From Oceanispirochaeta sp. (GTDB taxonomy: Bacteria; Spirochaetota; Spirochaetia; DSM-2461): a DNA stretch of 64,000 bases. The first letter of the stretch is position 1. Each line of letters opens with the position of its first letter. Below are positions 29,511 through 39,119 of the stretch, piece by piece. The notes under the pieces are model-generated. The model did not search any database. It was given only the letters and a program-made list of their open reading frames with translations, and was not told the DNA's origin. The stretch covers positions 576,001 to 640,000 of the forward strand of contig CAXXOA010000001.1 of assembly GCA_963666275.2 (NCBI GenBank), in the 5' to 3' direction. Both the position numbers and the translations under genes were made by a program.

Positions 29511-31913
29511 CTACCAGTAGGTCGCCTTTATCCGGAGGAAGACCCCGTCCACACCCCCTTCGTTCCAGGACTTGTTGTTGTAGAGCCCCGAAAGGGTATT
29601 GAACCCGGCCATGGTATAGCCTGTCATATATTCCACCCCTCTATAATCCACAATGAGCCCTGCTTCCAGCCCCGCATTCTCCTCCCAGACGCTGTTTTCC
29701 AGATCGTAAAGGGTCACTACTCCGTAGAGCTCCAGTATTTTGTAGAGGAACCCCACATCTATGCCGCCCAGATGCCTCACATCTCCCCCGTCATAGATCA
29801 CCGACTGCCAGGCCAGGCCGGGATTGAATGTGACCTCTCCCAGGGGGATCGCCCCGGAGACTCCCGATGAGAGCCGCCAGGCATTGTCCAGATGGTCCCA
29901 GACCGGATAGGTCTGAAAGTCCTCGCCCTTTGTGTATTTGATCCCTGCTGTGACCGAAAGGGAGTAGGGGGCAAAACGGTAGACGTATCCGGCTCCCGCG
30001 GCAGCTTTCAGAGCATCCCCGTTCAGGGCGGCGGCGGCTTCCATATCGAAGGTTTCCGTATCGATCCAGAGGGATCCGAACACATTGGGAACTCCCAGTT
30101 CCTCCTGATAGGTCATGACCTGTTTTGTGTCCCCTTCGTTCTCTTTTCCAATCACATCGGGAACAACAGCCAGCTGGACTCCGTAGGGTTCCAGTCCCTC
30201 CCATTTTCCGCCGATCCAGAGGGACCGGGGCGCCATATCCTGACCGAAGGCAGGTTCGATACCGGCAGAGCGGGTAACCTGCAGCCATTTGTGCACAGGG
30301 TCGGGAGCGGTATAGCCTGCGGTGATTTCAGTATCCTCATAAACCTCCTGAACCATATACAGGGCGTTCAGATAGAAGTAGGACCCGTCTATGGCTCCTT
30401 CGGAGAAGTCCTCGAAATTGACATCCTGAATTCCGAAGACCGTGAAGAGTTTCGTGTAATCGCTCAGAGAGTTCTCCACATACATATGAAGATCGTCTAT
30501 CTGATTGTAATAGCCTGCTTCCCCGTCCAGGGTTCCCCAGACCATGCGCCAGTCCAGACTGAAATCAATCTGGGTTTCCAGGCCTTTCAGCGGAACCGGC
30601 AGGGGGGTGGAGAGCTGGGGCGAGTCAGTTTTAAGGGGATCTTTCATCAGGGGAGGTTCTTCCGGAAGGAGCTCCTCGGGAGGAGGCGTGTCCGCTGTCA
30701 GGGAGGTAGGAAGAGGCTCCCAGTCTACAGAGAGAGGTTTGAAATCCCCGGATATCTCAGCCATTGTTTTGACTGCCAGGCCGCTCCGGGAGATGATTTC
30801 ACAGATCCTGCGGAAGTCCTCAGTGGGCATTTCGGTTTCCGCTGCAGAGGACTCCTCAATTTTATGAAGCACAAGAATGACAAGTTCCCCCCGGGGGGCT
30901 ACCCTGTCCAGGCGGTTCTGAAGGGTTTCGCTGTTAAAAGGCGCCGTAAGGTTCATCACTTTCAGAATATAGGGATTGGCAGGGGGATTGGCCTCGGGAT
31001 ATTCAATGATGGTCCGGGCACTCCTGAAAAAGGCGGGCAGAACCTCCAGCAGGGCGGGACTGAAGGCTCCGTTGGGATAGGAAAAGTCCGCAGCCTCCAG
31101 GCCCCTTTCGGAGAACCATGCGGCCTGATCGTAGAATATCCGGTTGAGCTCTCCCGGTTCCCTGCCGTCCATTCTGCCCAGATAGTGTCCTCCCAGGCTC
31201 CACTGATAGGTCCCTGTGAGATCCTTCAGATCCTCCAGGGTCATGTAGTTTTCCTGCCCGATCAGCTCGGGGATCAGATAGGCTGTCCCCCTGAAACCGT
31301 ATTCGGCCATAATGGGGGCGGCTTTCTGATACTGGGAAAGCCATCCGTCATCGAAGGTGATCACCACTGCCGAAGGTTCCTCCGCCATTTCCGTATAGAC
31401 AGGACCAATCTCCACAGCCGTTCCCGGAGCCTTCCCGTTGTCGTTTATCCAGAACTGAAAAGTCTTCATATGATCGAGATCCGGGGCTCCCCACTGTTTG
31501 CCCGCCGAAAAAGGAAGGGTTATTTTTGTCCACTCCCTGTCCAGAAGCTGGGTTTTATCATCGCTGACCATAAAAACAACACGGTTGGAGAAATCTTCGC
31601 TGTCGGCGGCAAAAAGCCAGAACTCTCTGAGGTTTTCCCGGTTCTCCGTTTTTACCCAGATCACCAGATTCTTCTGATTCAGGGAAAAGTCAGGAAGGTC
31701 CAGGGCTGTCATCTGAACATTCTGACCGTCTCCTGCTGTTTCAAGGCGCCATTTGTACTCCCAGGGCATCTTTGAAGATTCCACAGAAACCTTACCCGTC
31801 GGGGAGTTCAGAAAAAAGGGATGTTCCTCCTTGGGAACAAAGAGGGGCATTTTTTCGACACCGTAAAGTGAGAGTGTCTGAAGCAGCAGGAGCAGATAAA
31901 GGGAGAATTTCAT
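29511..31913 (-). CDS. Exported polysaccharide deacetylase (CE4/NodB) with N-terminal CBM-like domain and C-terminal probable beta-barrel
   Basis: Signal peptide; ITFDDG, FSYPNG, LVLH NodB motifs; Pro-rich linker; amphipathic strands ending FLRIKATYW. Start at the ATG at 31913 after GAGG. Confidence 0.7.
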   Translation of the reverse strand: MKFSLYLLLLLQTLSLYGVEKMPLFVPKEEHPFFLNSPTGKVSVESSKMPWEYKWRLETAGDGQNVQMTALDLPDFSLNQKNLVIWVKTENRENLREFWLFAADSEDFSNRVVFMVSDDKTQLLDREWTKITLPFSAGKQWGAPDLDHMKTFQFWINDNGKAPGTAVEIGPVYTEMAEEPSAVVITFDDGWLSQYQKAAPIMAEYGFRGTAYLIPELIGQENYMTLEDLKDLTGTYQWSLGGHYLGRMDGREPGELNRIFYDQAAWFSERGLEAADFSYPNGAFSPALLEVLPAFFRSARTIIEYPEANPPANPYILKVMNLTAPFNSETLQNRLDRVAPRGELVILVLHKIEESSAAETEMPTEDFRRICEIISRSGLAVKTMAEISGDFKPLSVDWEPLPTSLTADTPPPEELLPEEPPLMKDPLKTDSPQLSTPLPVPLKGLETQIDFSLDWRMVWGTLDGEAGYYNQIDDLHMYVENSLSDYTKLFTVFGIQDVNFEDFSEGAIDGSYFYLNALYMVQEVYEDTEITAGYTAPDPVHKWLQVTRSAGIEPAFGQDMAPRSLWIGGKWEGLEPYGVQLAVVPDVIGKENEGDTKQVMTYQEELGVPNVFGSLWIDTETFDMEAAAALNGDALKAAAGAGYVYRFAPYSLSVTAGIKYTKGEDFQTYPVWDHLDNAWRLSSGVSGAIPLGEVTFNPGLAWQSVIYDGGDVRHLGGIDVGFLYKILELYGVVTLYDLENSVWEENAGLEAGLIVDYRGVEYMTGYTMAGFNTLSGLYNNKSWNEGGVDGVFLRIKATYW

Positions 31914-31969
31914 GGAAAACCTCGATTCATATTTGATTTCTGTTTTTGAAAAATTATAATTCACTTGAG

Positions 31970-32674
31970 ATGAAAAGGAAAATTCTCCTGAAGGGTCTGA
32001 TGCTTTTTTTACTCCTTTCTCCTGTTTTTTCAGATGATGATAAAGAGGAACCTCTCTTTTTCAGCGATTACTGGTGGATTGTGAAAACCTCCCGGGCCGC
32101 TGTGGGACCGGGGCCGAATCATTTTTCTTCCGATGGGGTGCAGGAAAACTCCCGGGGAATTGAGCTTGAGATCAGGAAACAGCAGGGGCGGTGGCGCAGC
32201 GGAGAAATCTTCACTCTGGATCACTTCGGCTACGGAACCCACTCTCTGCTCTTCAGTATCCCAGAACCTCTGGATTCAAACGCTGTGTTCGGCTTTTTTC
32301 TCTATAATTCCGATGAGCCTCCTTTCTATAACGAAATAGATTTCGAAGCCGCCCGCTGGGGTGTAGCTGAAAATCCCCCCTTTTCCTTTACCCTCCAGCC
32401 CTATGCGGTCCCGGGCAATTCTCTCGCTTTTTATGCAGAAGAGGCAGGGGAGTATCTCTGCCGGATCGCGTGGCAGAGCGAAGAAATCCTCTTCACTCTT
32501 TCTGATGAGACTGGAAGGATCCTGCTGCAATGGGCCTATAGGGGAGATGCCATCCCGGTTGATACCGAATCCAGAATCCATCTGAATCTCTGGCTCTTTC
32601 AGGGGCGGCCTCCTGCAGGGGACGGCGGATTAAGGGTTCAGGTGTTTTCTTATAAGTATGAACCAAATATTTGA
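31970..32674 (+). CDS. Secreted glycoside hydrolase family 16 protein
   Basis: Signal peptide; WRSGEI..FGYG, NEIDFE catalytic ExDxE motif, IHLNLW. Confidence 0.8.
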   Translation: MKRKILLKGLMLFLLLSPVFSDDDKEEPLFFSDYWWIVKTSRAAVGPGPNHFSSDGVQENSRGIELEIRKQQGRWRSGEIFTLDHFGYGTHSLLFSIPEPLDSNAVFGFFLYNSDEPPFYNEIDFEAARWGVAENPPFSFTLQPYAVPGNSLAFYAEEAGEYLCRIAWQSEEILFTLSDETGRILLQWAYRGDAIPVDTESRIHLNLWLFQGRPPAGDGGLRVQVFSYKYEPNI

Positions 32675-32698
32675 CTTGCTCTTTAGATAGAATATAAT
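32671..32698 (+). promoter_or_regulatory. Sigma70-type promoter of the STAS-GT2 operon (probably leaderless)
   Basis: TTGACT, 16-bp spacer, TATAAT; ATG 7 nt later with no SD. Confidence 0.6.
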
Positions 32699-32705
32699 TT
32701 TCAGT

Positions 32706-33038
32706 ATGTTTGTCGAAAATACGTCGGGAATTAAAATTATTGTACCGGAAGTGAAACAGATTGATGTGAACAACAGTGCTCTTTTCAGCAGCGAGCTGGA
32801 AGAACAGCTGGACGGAGAAGAAAAGGTCGTTATGGATCTGACGAATATCCAGTTTATGGATTCAACAGGGCTCGGTTGCATCATTTCCGCGCTCAGGAAG
32901 ATGAATGAATCCAGAGGCCGGCTTGTTCTGTGCAGTCCCAATCATGCGGTGAGCCTGCTCTTTGATATGGTCAGACTTTCCCAGATCGCCTCGATCTGCA
33001 AAGACAGAGAAGAAGCTCTGAATCTGCTTACATCCTGA
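32706..33038 (+). CDS. STAS-domain anti-sigma factor antagonist (RsbV/SpoIIAA-like)
   Basis: VVMDLTNIQFMDSTGLGCII with the phosphorylatable Ser; 110 aa. Confidence 0.92.
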   Translation: MFVENTSGIKIIVPEVKQIDVNNSALFSSELEEQLDGEEKVVMDLTNIQFMDSTGLGCIISALRKMNESRGRLVLCSPNHAVSLLFDMVRLSQIASICKDREEALNLLTS

Positions 33039-33044
33039 GGTTCC

Positions 33045-34610
33045 ATGATTACCTTCTGCCCCACAGAGATGCTTTCCATTGCCAATGAGCTCAATTACAA
33101 CTATTTCCTTTGTGATGAGACCATGATGGAATGGAGCCTCCTTTCGGTTCCCTTTCTCAGAATTCTCCAGCTGGATTCTGAAATCATGGAAAAGACCCCC
33201 CGGTTCTGGATCTCCCTGGTAGACTGGAAAGGCAGGGATCCGGAAGAGACACTGAGGAGCGGACTGGACAACGAGGGAAACTGCAGCATTACCCTTCCAT
33301 TCCGTACAGGGAACAGGGAGGAGACAAGGATTCATCTGCGGATCAGTAATCCCCTCCCTGACAATACGGGCAACACCCTACGTATGGGGTCTGCGGAAAT
33401 TGCCGGAGAGGATGTTTTCTATAAGCAGGAAGCCCTCCTTTCCCGGGATAATGAAATTGAGATCAGCGCCCGGATTCAGAAAACCCTTCTCACCGGGAGC
33501 ATTTCGGAAAATCACAGCGGATTAATCATAGAGGCCGAAACCATACCCTCCCGGGAAGTGGATGGAGACTTTTATGAATTTCTCCAGCTTACTCCGGAAA
33601 TCACGGACTTCCTTATCGGAGATGTCATGGGGAAGGGGGTTCCCGCGGCACTGCTGGGAGCGGCTGTAAAAACAGCCTATTACAAATCGGTGATTACAAA
33701 CCGGATGGGAAAAACACACCTTCCCGGTCTGGCATCCATGCTGCACAGCATCGACGGGCTCATTGGGAAGGATCTTCTGGCTCTGAAGAAATTCCTGACC
33801 CTCTATTTCTGCCGCCTGGACAGTGAAAAATCGCTTCTGAGTTTTATTGATGCCGGGCATACAAGCTTTATCTATCAGGATGCCCGTGACGGCAGCTGCT
33901 GGCATGTGAAAGGGGCCAATATGCCCCTGGGATTTTCGGAATCCCAGGACTACAGAACCTACCATCTGCCACTCAGTAAAAATGACATCCTCTTATTCTA
34001 CTCCGACGGGATTCCCGAAGTCGCCAACAGCGAGGGGGATATTTTCGGCTATGAGCGGATCAGGCAGTTTGTCCTGGCCCACAGGCATCTGGAACCGGCA
34101 GAGCTGCTGAAGAGCCTTTTCAATGTGGCCTTTTATTTCGCTTCCCAGGCCTTTGCGGATGATGTGACCGGTGTTGTGATCAAGGTGGACCATGAAAAGG
34201 CATCTCCCCCCGTAGAAAAACAGTTTCATTTTGACAGGGAGAACCCGGCGGAAATGAGATCTCTGCGGGAATCCTTTGAATCGGATCTGAAAGATCTTTA
34301 TCCCGAAGAGTTCAGCGATGATTTCATAAGACTGACTTTTGCTCTTATGGAAGCCTGCGGAAACTGCATTGTTCACAGCAGGGGCGAGTTCTCTCTGGTC
34401 TGGAGGATGTTCAGGAACAGTGTGGAAATCAATCTGGACTTTTCGGGATCCGACTATAACTGGACCGCCCAGTCCGAACCTTCTGCGGAGAGCTATAGAT
34501 CCAACGGATACGGCAGCTACCTGATTCAACAGGGGACGGATTCTCTCCTTCTTATGAAAGGGGGCGGGGCATCAAAAAGGCTTCAGCTCTATAAGGAATT
34601 TTGTCAATGA
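33045..34610 (+). CDS. PP2C/SpoIIE serine phosphatase fused to an RsbW-like anti-sigma kinase domain
   Basis: GDFYEF, IGDVMGKG, YSDGIPE, DDVT phosphatase motifs; C-terminal EACGNCIVH...GYGSYLI HATPase motifs. Confidence 0.85.
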   Translation: MITFCPTEMLSIANELNYNYFLCDETMMEWSLLSVPFLRILQLDSEIMEKTPRFWISLVDWKGRDPEETLRSGLDNEGNCSITLPFRTGNREETRIHLRISNPLPDNTGNTLRMGSAEIAGEDVFYKQEALLSRDNEIEISARIQKTLLTGSISENHSGLIIEAETIPSREVDGDFYEFLQLTPEITDFLIGDVMGKGVPAALLGAAVKTAYYKSVITNRMGKTHLPGLASMLHSIDGLIGKDLLALKKFLTLYFCRLDSEKSLLSFIDAGHTSFIYQDARDGSCWHVKGANMPLGFSESQDYRTYHLPLSKNDILLFYSDGIPEVANSEGDIFGYERIRQFVLAHRHLEPAELLKSLFNVAFYFASQAFADDVTGVVIKVDHEKASPPVEKQFHFDRENPAEMRSLRESFESDLKDLYPEEFSDDFIRLTFALMEACGNCIVHSRGEFSLVWRMFRNSVEINLDFSGSDYNWTAQSEPSAESYRSNGYGSYLIQQGTDSLLLMKGGGASKRLQLYKEFCQ

Positions 34611-36274
34611 ACAAAGCAGACAGCCCTGTCCTTCTGGCAGATTCGGTCTACTGGCTCGGTTCTACCAATGCCTCGGATTTTCTTCAGATTAATGTCTATC
34701 TTGTCTTCCGCAACGGAAAAGCCCTGCTCATTGACCCGGGCCCGAAAGATATCTTTCCCCAGATACGCAGAGCCCTGGAAAGCCTTCTGCCTCTGGAGGA
34801 GCTGTCGGGGATTGTCCTTTCCAACCAGAATCCCGATGTCTGTTCCAGTATCTCCCTCTGGGAGGAGAGCGGTTTCAGGGGGAATATCCTGGCTCACTGG
34901 AAAAACGGGGTATTTATCAATGCCTATGGTCTGAAAAACTCCGTTACCTCCATAAAAGAGGTTCAGGCCGGAATCGGGAATCTGCCAGAACATATCCGGT
35001 TCTATCCCTTTTCTCTGGGGCATGATGCCTTTCTGGCAACCTTTGACGAATCCACGGGAACCCTCTTTTCATCTGTTTTTTTCGGGGCCTTCGGACGCTC
35101 GCAAAATCTTTTTGCCCAGCCGGCGTATGCCAACCGGATGATTTACTATCACAGGAATTTCATGCCTTCAGGCCGGGAGATCCTTCCTGTCCTGTCTCAG
35201 ATCGAAGCCCTGACTCCCCGGCTGATCTGTCCCCATCATGGAGAGATCATCGAATACGGCAGTGGGGATCTCTGTTTACAGCTGAGAAATGCCGTTGAAG
35301 ATCCTTCTGCCGGAGACGGCCAGACCGGGGGAGAGGATGACAGGGAATGGGATCTTGAAAAATTCGAACTCAACGAGGAGCTTGTTCTCAGCAGTGATGA
35401 GAAGCTCGTGGATCCTGTAACGGGTCTTTACAACTCCAGTTTCTATTTCGGGTACCTTCCCGGATTTATCGAGGCCAATCCCGGAGGGACAATAGGGTAC
35501 CTCAGGATTGATAAAATGATGGCTTTCAATCAGGCCTTCGGGTTTCAGGAGGGAGATCGCATCATAGCGACTTTTGCCACAATCCTCCAGGATAACAAAC
35601 CGGATGAGGCCTTCCTTTTCAGGGATTCCGGGCCCATGCTTATACTGATGCTTCCCGATTCGTGTACATCCAATCACCTGGATATCATCGAATCCCTGCA
35701 GAACAGCGTCAGGGATTCAGATGCCTTTATTCAGGATATGACCTGCAGTGCCGCTGTTGTTTCCGTGGAGGAGGCCCGGGAAAAAGAGGGGGAGGCCGCA
35801 GAAAATGTTCTTGCTCTGATCCGGGAGAGACTGGGGATTCTGGGCTCCCAGGGAACCCATTCCATGTGCAATTATTCCAAGTCTGCCGAGGAGCTGGTAC
35901 AGAAAACAAAGATTCTGATCATAGACCCCGGTAATATATACACCCACCTCCTGGTGGAGTATCTGACCTTCCGCGGAATGGATGCTGAAATATGCCGAAA
36001 CGGAACAGACGCCCTGAGGCAGATTGATCTTCTGCATCCCGATCTTATTATATGTGAAACCCAGGTACCCCAGATGGATGGATTCAGAATCCGGGAGCAG
36101 CTCCTTCGTTCCTGGGATTTAAGGAATATCCCCTTTGTTTTCATCTCCCATCTTAAAACGGTAGAGTCTGTCAAAAGGGCTCAGGATCTGGGGGTTTTCC
36201 ATAATCTGAAAAAGCCTGTGATGCTTTCCGAAGTGGAAGGTCTGATCCTGCACCTGCTGGGGAGCCGAGAGTAG
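34607..36274 (+). CDS. MBL-fold (ODP/flavodiiron-like) + degenerate GGDEF + atypical receiver domain protein
   Basis: INVYL..LLIDPG, SNQNPDV, ICPHHG; DPVTGLYN...FNQAFGFQEGD...FRDSGPML; C-terminal REC (PDLIICETQVPQMDG, KKP). ATGA overlap with the upstream gene. Confidence 0.75.
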   Translation: MNKADSPVLLADSVYWLGSTNASDFLQINVYLVFRNGKALLIDPGPKDIFPQIRRALESLLPLEELSGIVLSNQNPDVCSSISLWEESGFRGNILAHWKNGVFINAYGLKNSVTSIKEVQAGIGNLPEHIRFYPFSLGHDAFLATFDESTGTLFSSVFFGAFGRSQNLFAQPAYANRMIYYHRNFMPSGREILPVLSQIEALTPRLICPHHGEIIEYGSGDLCLQLRNAVEDPSAGDGQTGGEDDREWDLEKFELNEELVLSSDEKLVDPVTGLYNSSFYFGYLPGFIEANPGGTIGYLRIDKMMAFNQAFGFQEGDRIIATFATILQDNKPDEAFLFRDSGPMLILMLPDSCTSNHLDIIESLQNSVRDSDAFIQDMTCSAAVVSVEEAREKEGEAAENVLALIRERLGILGSQGTHSMCNYSKSAEELVQKTKILIIDPGNIYTHLLVEYLTFRGMDAEICRNGTDALRQIDLLHPDLIICETQVPQMDGFRIREQLLRSWDLRNIPFVFISHLKTVESVKRAQDLGVFHNLKKPVMLSEVEGLILHLLGSRE

Positions 36275-36275
36275 G

Positions 36276-39119
36276 ATGAGTATAGACTGGATTGTCATTA
36301 TCTTCCTTATTATTGTCCTTTCAGGGGCCAATATCGCTGTTCTGACCGCGACAATTCTCACAAAGAAGAATTCTGTCAGCAGATTCAGAAGCCGGGAACG
36401 ATTGCGATCCATAGTGAACCGGTCGGTAATCAGGAATTCTCTGGGGAGTACGGAGGCTCTTTCAGAACAGGATAAAATTCCCTTTTTTCTGGAGTGGCAT
36501 GAAGTCAGCAGCCACCTCGAAATCTCCGGCGTTCTCAGAGAGGAACTGGAAACCCTGGCCATTGAGTGGAACCTTCCCCCGGTGATCGAAGATCTCCTGA
36601 AAAGCCGTTTTTTCAATAAAAGAGTGACTGCCATGAATGTGCTGGCTTTTCTTCCTGAAAAAGAGAAACTGGCAGCATTGCGTGAGGCTTCCCTCCGGGA
36701 GACATCGGTTATTCTGAGGCTGAGAATCACTCAGATGCTCTGCAGTGAAGGTTCCCTTGATGCTGTGGACTATATCATTCACAGTCTTCAGGGACGTCAG
36801 GAATTTTATAAAAAAAAGGTTCTGGGGATTCTGGAGGACAATGTCACTCTGATGATCGACTGGGCTGATGTGAACAGAGAAAAAGAGGAGCGCGATGCCC
36901 TGAGGATCCTGATCCGGGCGGCGGGGACGAATCTCAGGGAGTGGCACTATGATTTTCTTGTTGCCCAGTCCAGAAATCCCGACAGACTGATCGCCCGGGA
37001 GGCTGCGGGAGTTCTGATGAACCGGTTTTCAGACAGAAATACCCTGGATTTCCTTATGGCATCTGAAGAGGGGAGCCTGAGGCAGAAGGCTGTATACCGC
37101 TTTACAAGGGATATGGCACTCCCTACGGAAGGGGAACTTCTTGAACTTTTCCGGACAAAAGAGCTCTACTCCTATGCTGTCTCGGGGCTGATTGAAAAAG
37201 TTCACAGTGATCCCCGTCTGATATCGGAACTTTTCCGCCGGTATCAGGTCGCCGAGACCCTGGAGGAGAAACAGGGGTATGCGGCGGTGCTGGCAAGCAG
37301 AGTCCAGTATTTTATCCGTCGCTTGAAGAGTGATGAGAGCGCGGAAGTCCGGGAACTTCTCTCGGATATGGTCGGTCAGGGCATGGGTGCTCCCATCATC
37401 AACTTCCTCAATGCCAATAAGAGTCCTACCCTTGAAACGCTCCTTCTGGAGACCATCCAGCCACTGACTCTGGAAAATCCCGAGTTTCTGGAACTCTGTC
37501 AGTACTATCTGGGAAACCGGCTGAAGAGAAAACTGGAACTTCCTCAACGGGTTGAAGAAGAGGGCACTCCCAAAATACAGCTGACCCGGAAAGACCGCCT
37601 TATTATGGTGACACTGGCTCTTTCCACTCTGCTGCTGCCCCTGGCAATCTACGCTGCGGCCTACGGCAGAATCTTTCCCTTTATGCTGGCCAGAGAACGG
37701 GTTGTATCGTTCCTCCTGCTTTACCATTTCGAGTTTGCCTTTTATTCCATTGCGATCAACTCAATCTCGCTGATCCTTATGTTCCTCTCCTGGACTGTCA
37801 TAAGAGAACAGAGGACCTCCTGGAAGGCTGTGGACAAGAAATTCCTCTTTTCCCGGGGGATTCTTCCTTCTGTGACCATCCTGGCTCCCGCCTATAATGA
37901 AGAAAAAAGCATCGTTCAGAATATCTACTCCCTCCTGTCTCTGGAGTACCCGGACCTTGAACTTATTGTGATCAATGACGGTTCAAAGGACAGAACTTTC
38001 CAGAACCTGGTGGACAACTTTGATCTGGAACTGGTGGACTATCCCATTCCCGATTACATTCCCACCGCTCCCATTCTGGGGCTCTATCGAAATGAACATA
38101 TTCCCAACCTTCTGGTGATAGACAAGAAAAACGGGGGAAAGGCCGACTCTCTGAATACAGGGCTGAATGCCGCCCGGGGGGAGTATGTGTGCAGCATCGA
38201 TGCGGACAGTCTTCTGGAACCCGAAGCCCTGACGAAGATGATGTTTGAAACCATCAACAGCGAAAAACAGACCATTGCCGTAGGAGGGAATATCATTCCT
38301 GTGAACGGCTGTATTGTACAGAACGGCGGAATCCGGGAAATCCATCTCTCCCATAACAAATACTCCCGGTACCAGACCATTGAATACCTCCGTTCCTTTA
38401 TTGCCGGTCGTCTGGGCTGGTCCAAACTGAACAGTCTCATGATAATATCCGGAGCATTCGGAGCATTCCTGAAGCAGGATCTTCTGGATATCGGGGGATA
38501 TATGACAGGAACTGGCAGTATGAAGAAAGATACTGTCGGTGAGGATATGGAGCTTGTGGTCAGGCTTATCCGGCATCATTACGAAAAGGGCGAGCCCTTT
38601 TCGGTGGGATACTCCCACAATGCCAACTGCTGGACCGAAGTCCCTGAAAACCTGCCGGATCTTCTCAAGCAGCGGGGGCGCTGGCACAGGGGACTCATCG
38701 AGATACTGCTTTATCACAGAAAAATGCTCTTCAACAGAAAATTCAAGGTTGTGGGTTTTCTGGCGTTTCCCTATTTTTTCCTTTTTGAACTTCTGGGGCC
38801 CTTCTGGGAGTTCCTGGGATACTTTGTTCTTATGGCATCCCTCTTTCTGGGGCTGCTGAACGGCACAATATTCCTTTTTATGTTTTCCATTATTGTCCTT
38901 CTGGGCAGTCTGGTTTCCTCTACGGCCCTTCTGCTGGCCGAGAGCGATGTGCTCTACTTTAAAGGGAAGGAATTCCGCCAGAGCATTCTTACCGCTCTCA
39001 GGGAAAATTTCGGCTACCGCCAGATGATCAGCATGCACAGGGTTTTCTCCTATGTGCTTTTTCTGTTCCGGGACAGGGGATGGCAGAAACTCTCCCGTAA
39101 GGGGTTCTCCAATGAGTAA
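36276..39119 (+). CDS. HEAT-repeat domain fused to a processive family-2 glycosyltransferase (polysaccharide synthase)
   Basis: Helical repeat N-half; PAYNEE, INDGSKD, NGGKADSLN, IDADS, GEDMEL, QRGRW motifs; flanking TM helices. Confidence 0.85.
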   Translation: MSIDWIVIIFLIIVLSGANIAVLTATILTKKNSVSRFRSRERLRSIVNRSVIRNSLGSTEALSEQDKIPFFLEWHEVSSHLEISGVLREELETLAIEWNLPPVIEDLLKSRFFNKRVTAMNVLAFLPEKEKLAALREASLRETSVILRLRITQMLCSEGSLDAVDYIIHSLQGRQEFYKKKVLGILEDNVTLMIDWADVNREKEERDALRILIRAAGTNLREWHYDFLVAQSRNPDRLIAREAAGVLMNRFSDRNTLDFLMASEEGSLRQKAVYRFTRDMALPTEGELLELFRTKELYSYAVSGLIEKVHSDPRLISELFRRYQVAETLEEKQGYAAVLASRVQYFIRRLKSDESAEVRELLSDMVGQGMGAPIINFLNANKSPTLETLLLETIQPLTLENPEFLELCQYYLGNRLKRKLELPQRVEEEGTPKIQLTRKDRLIMVTLALSTLLLPLAIYAAAYGRIFPFMLARERVVSFLLLYHFEFAFYSIAINSISLILMFLSWTVIREQRTSWKAVDKKFLFSRGILPSVTILAPAYNEEKSIVQNIYSLLSLEYPDLELIVINDGSKDRTFQNLVDNFDLELVDYPIPDYIPTAPILGLYRNEHIPNLLVIDKKNGGKADSLNTGLNAARGEYVCSIDADSLLEPEALTKMMFETINSEKQTIAVGGNIIPVNGCIVQNGGIREIHLSHNKYSRYQTIEYLRSFIAGRLGWSKLNSLMIISGAFGAFLKQDLLDIGGYMTGTGSMKKDTVGEDMELVVRLIRHHYEKGEPFSVGYSHNANCWTEVPENLPDLLKQRGRWHRGLIEILLYHRKMLFNRKFKVVGFLAFPYFFLFELLGPFWEFLGYFVLMASLFLGLLNGTIFLFMFSIIVLLGSLVSSTALLLAESDVLYFKGKEFRQSILTALRENFGYRQMISMHRVFSYVLFLFRDRGWQKLSRKGFSNE

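Noticed and set aside
29892..31775. 627-aa plus-strand ORF
   Set aside because: Antisense to the deacetylase-barrel gene; long open antisense frames are expected with this codon bias.
34607..36274. Active diguanylate cyclase or beta-lactamase
   Set aside because: Both the GGDEF motif and the metal-binding motif are degenerate.
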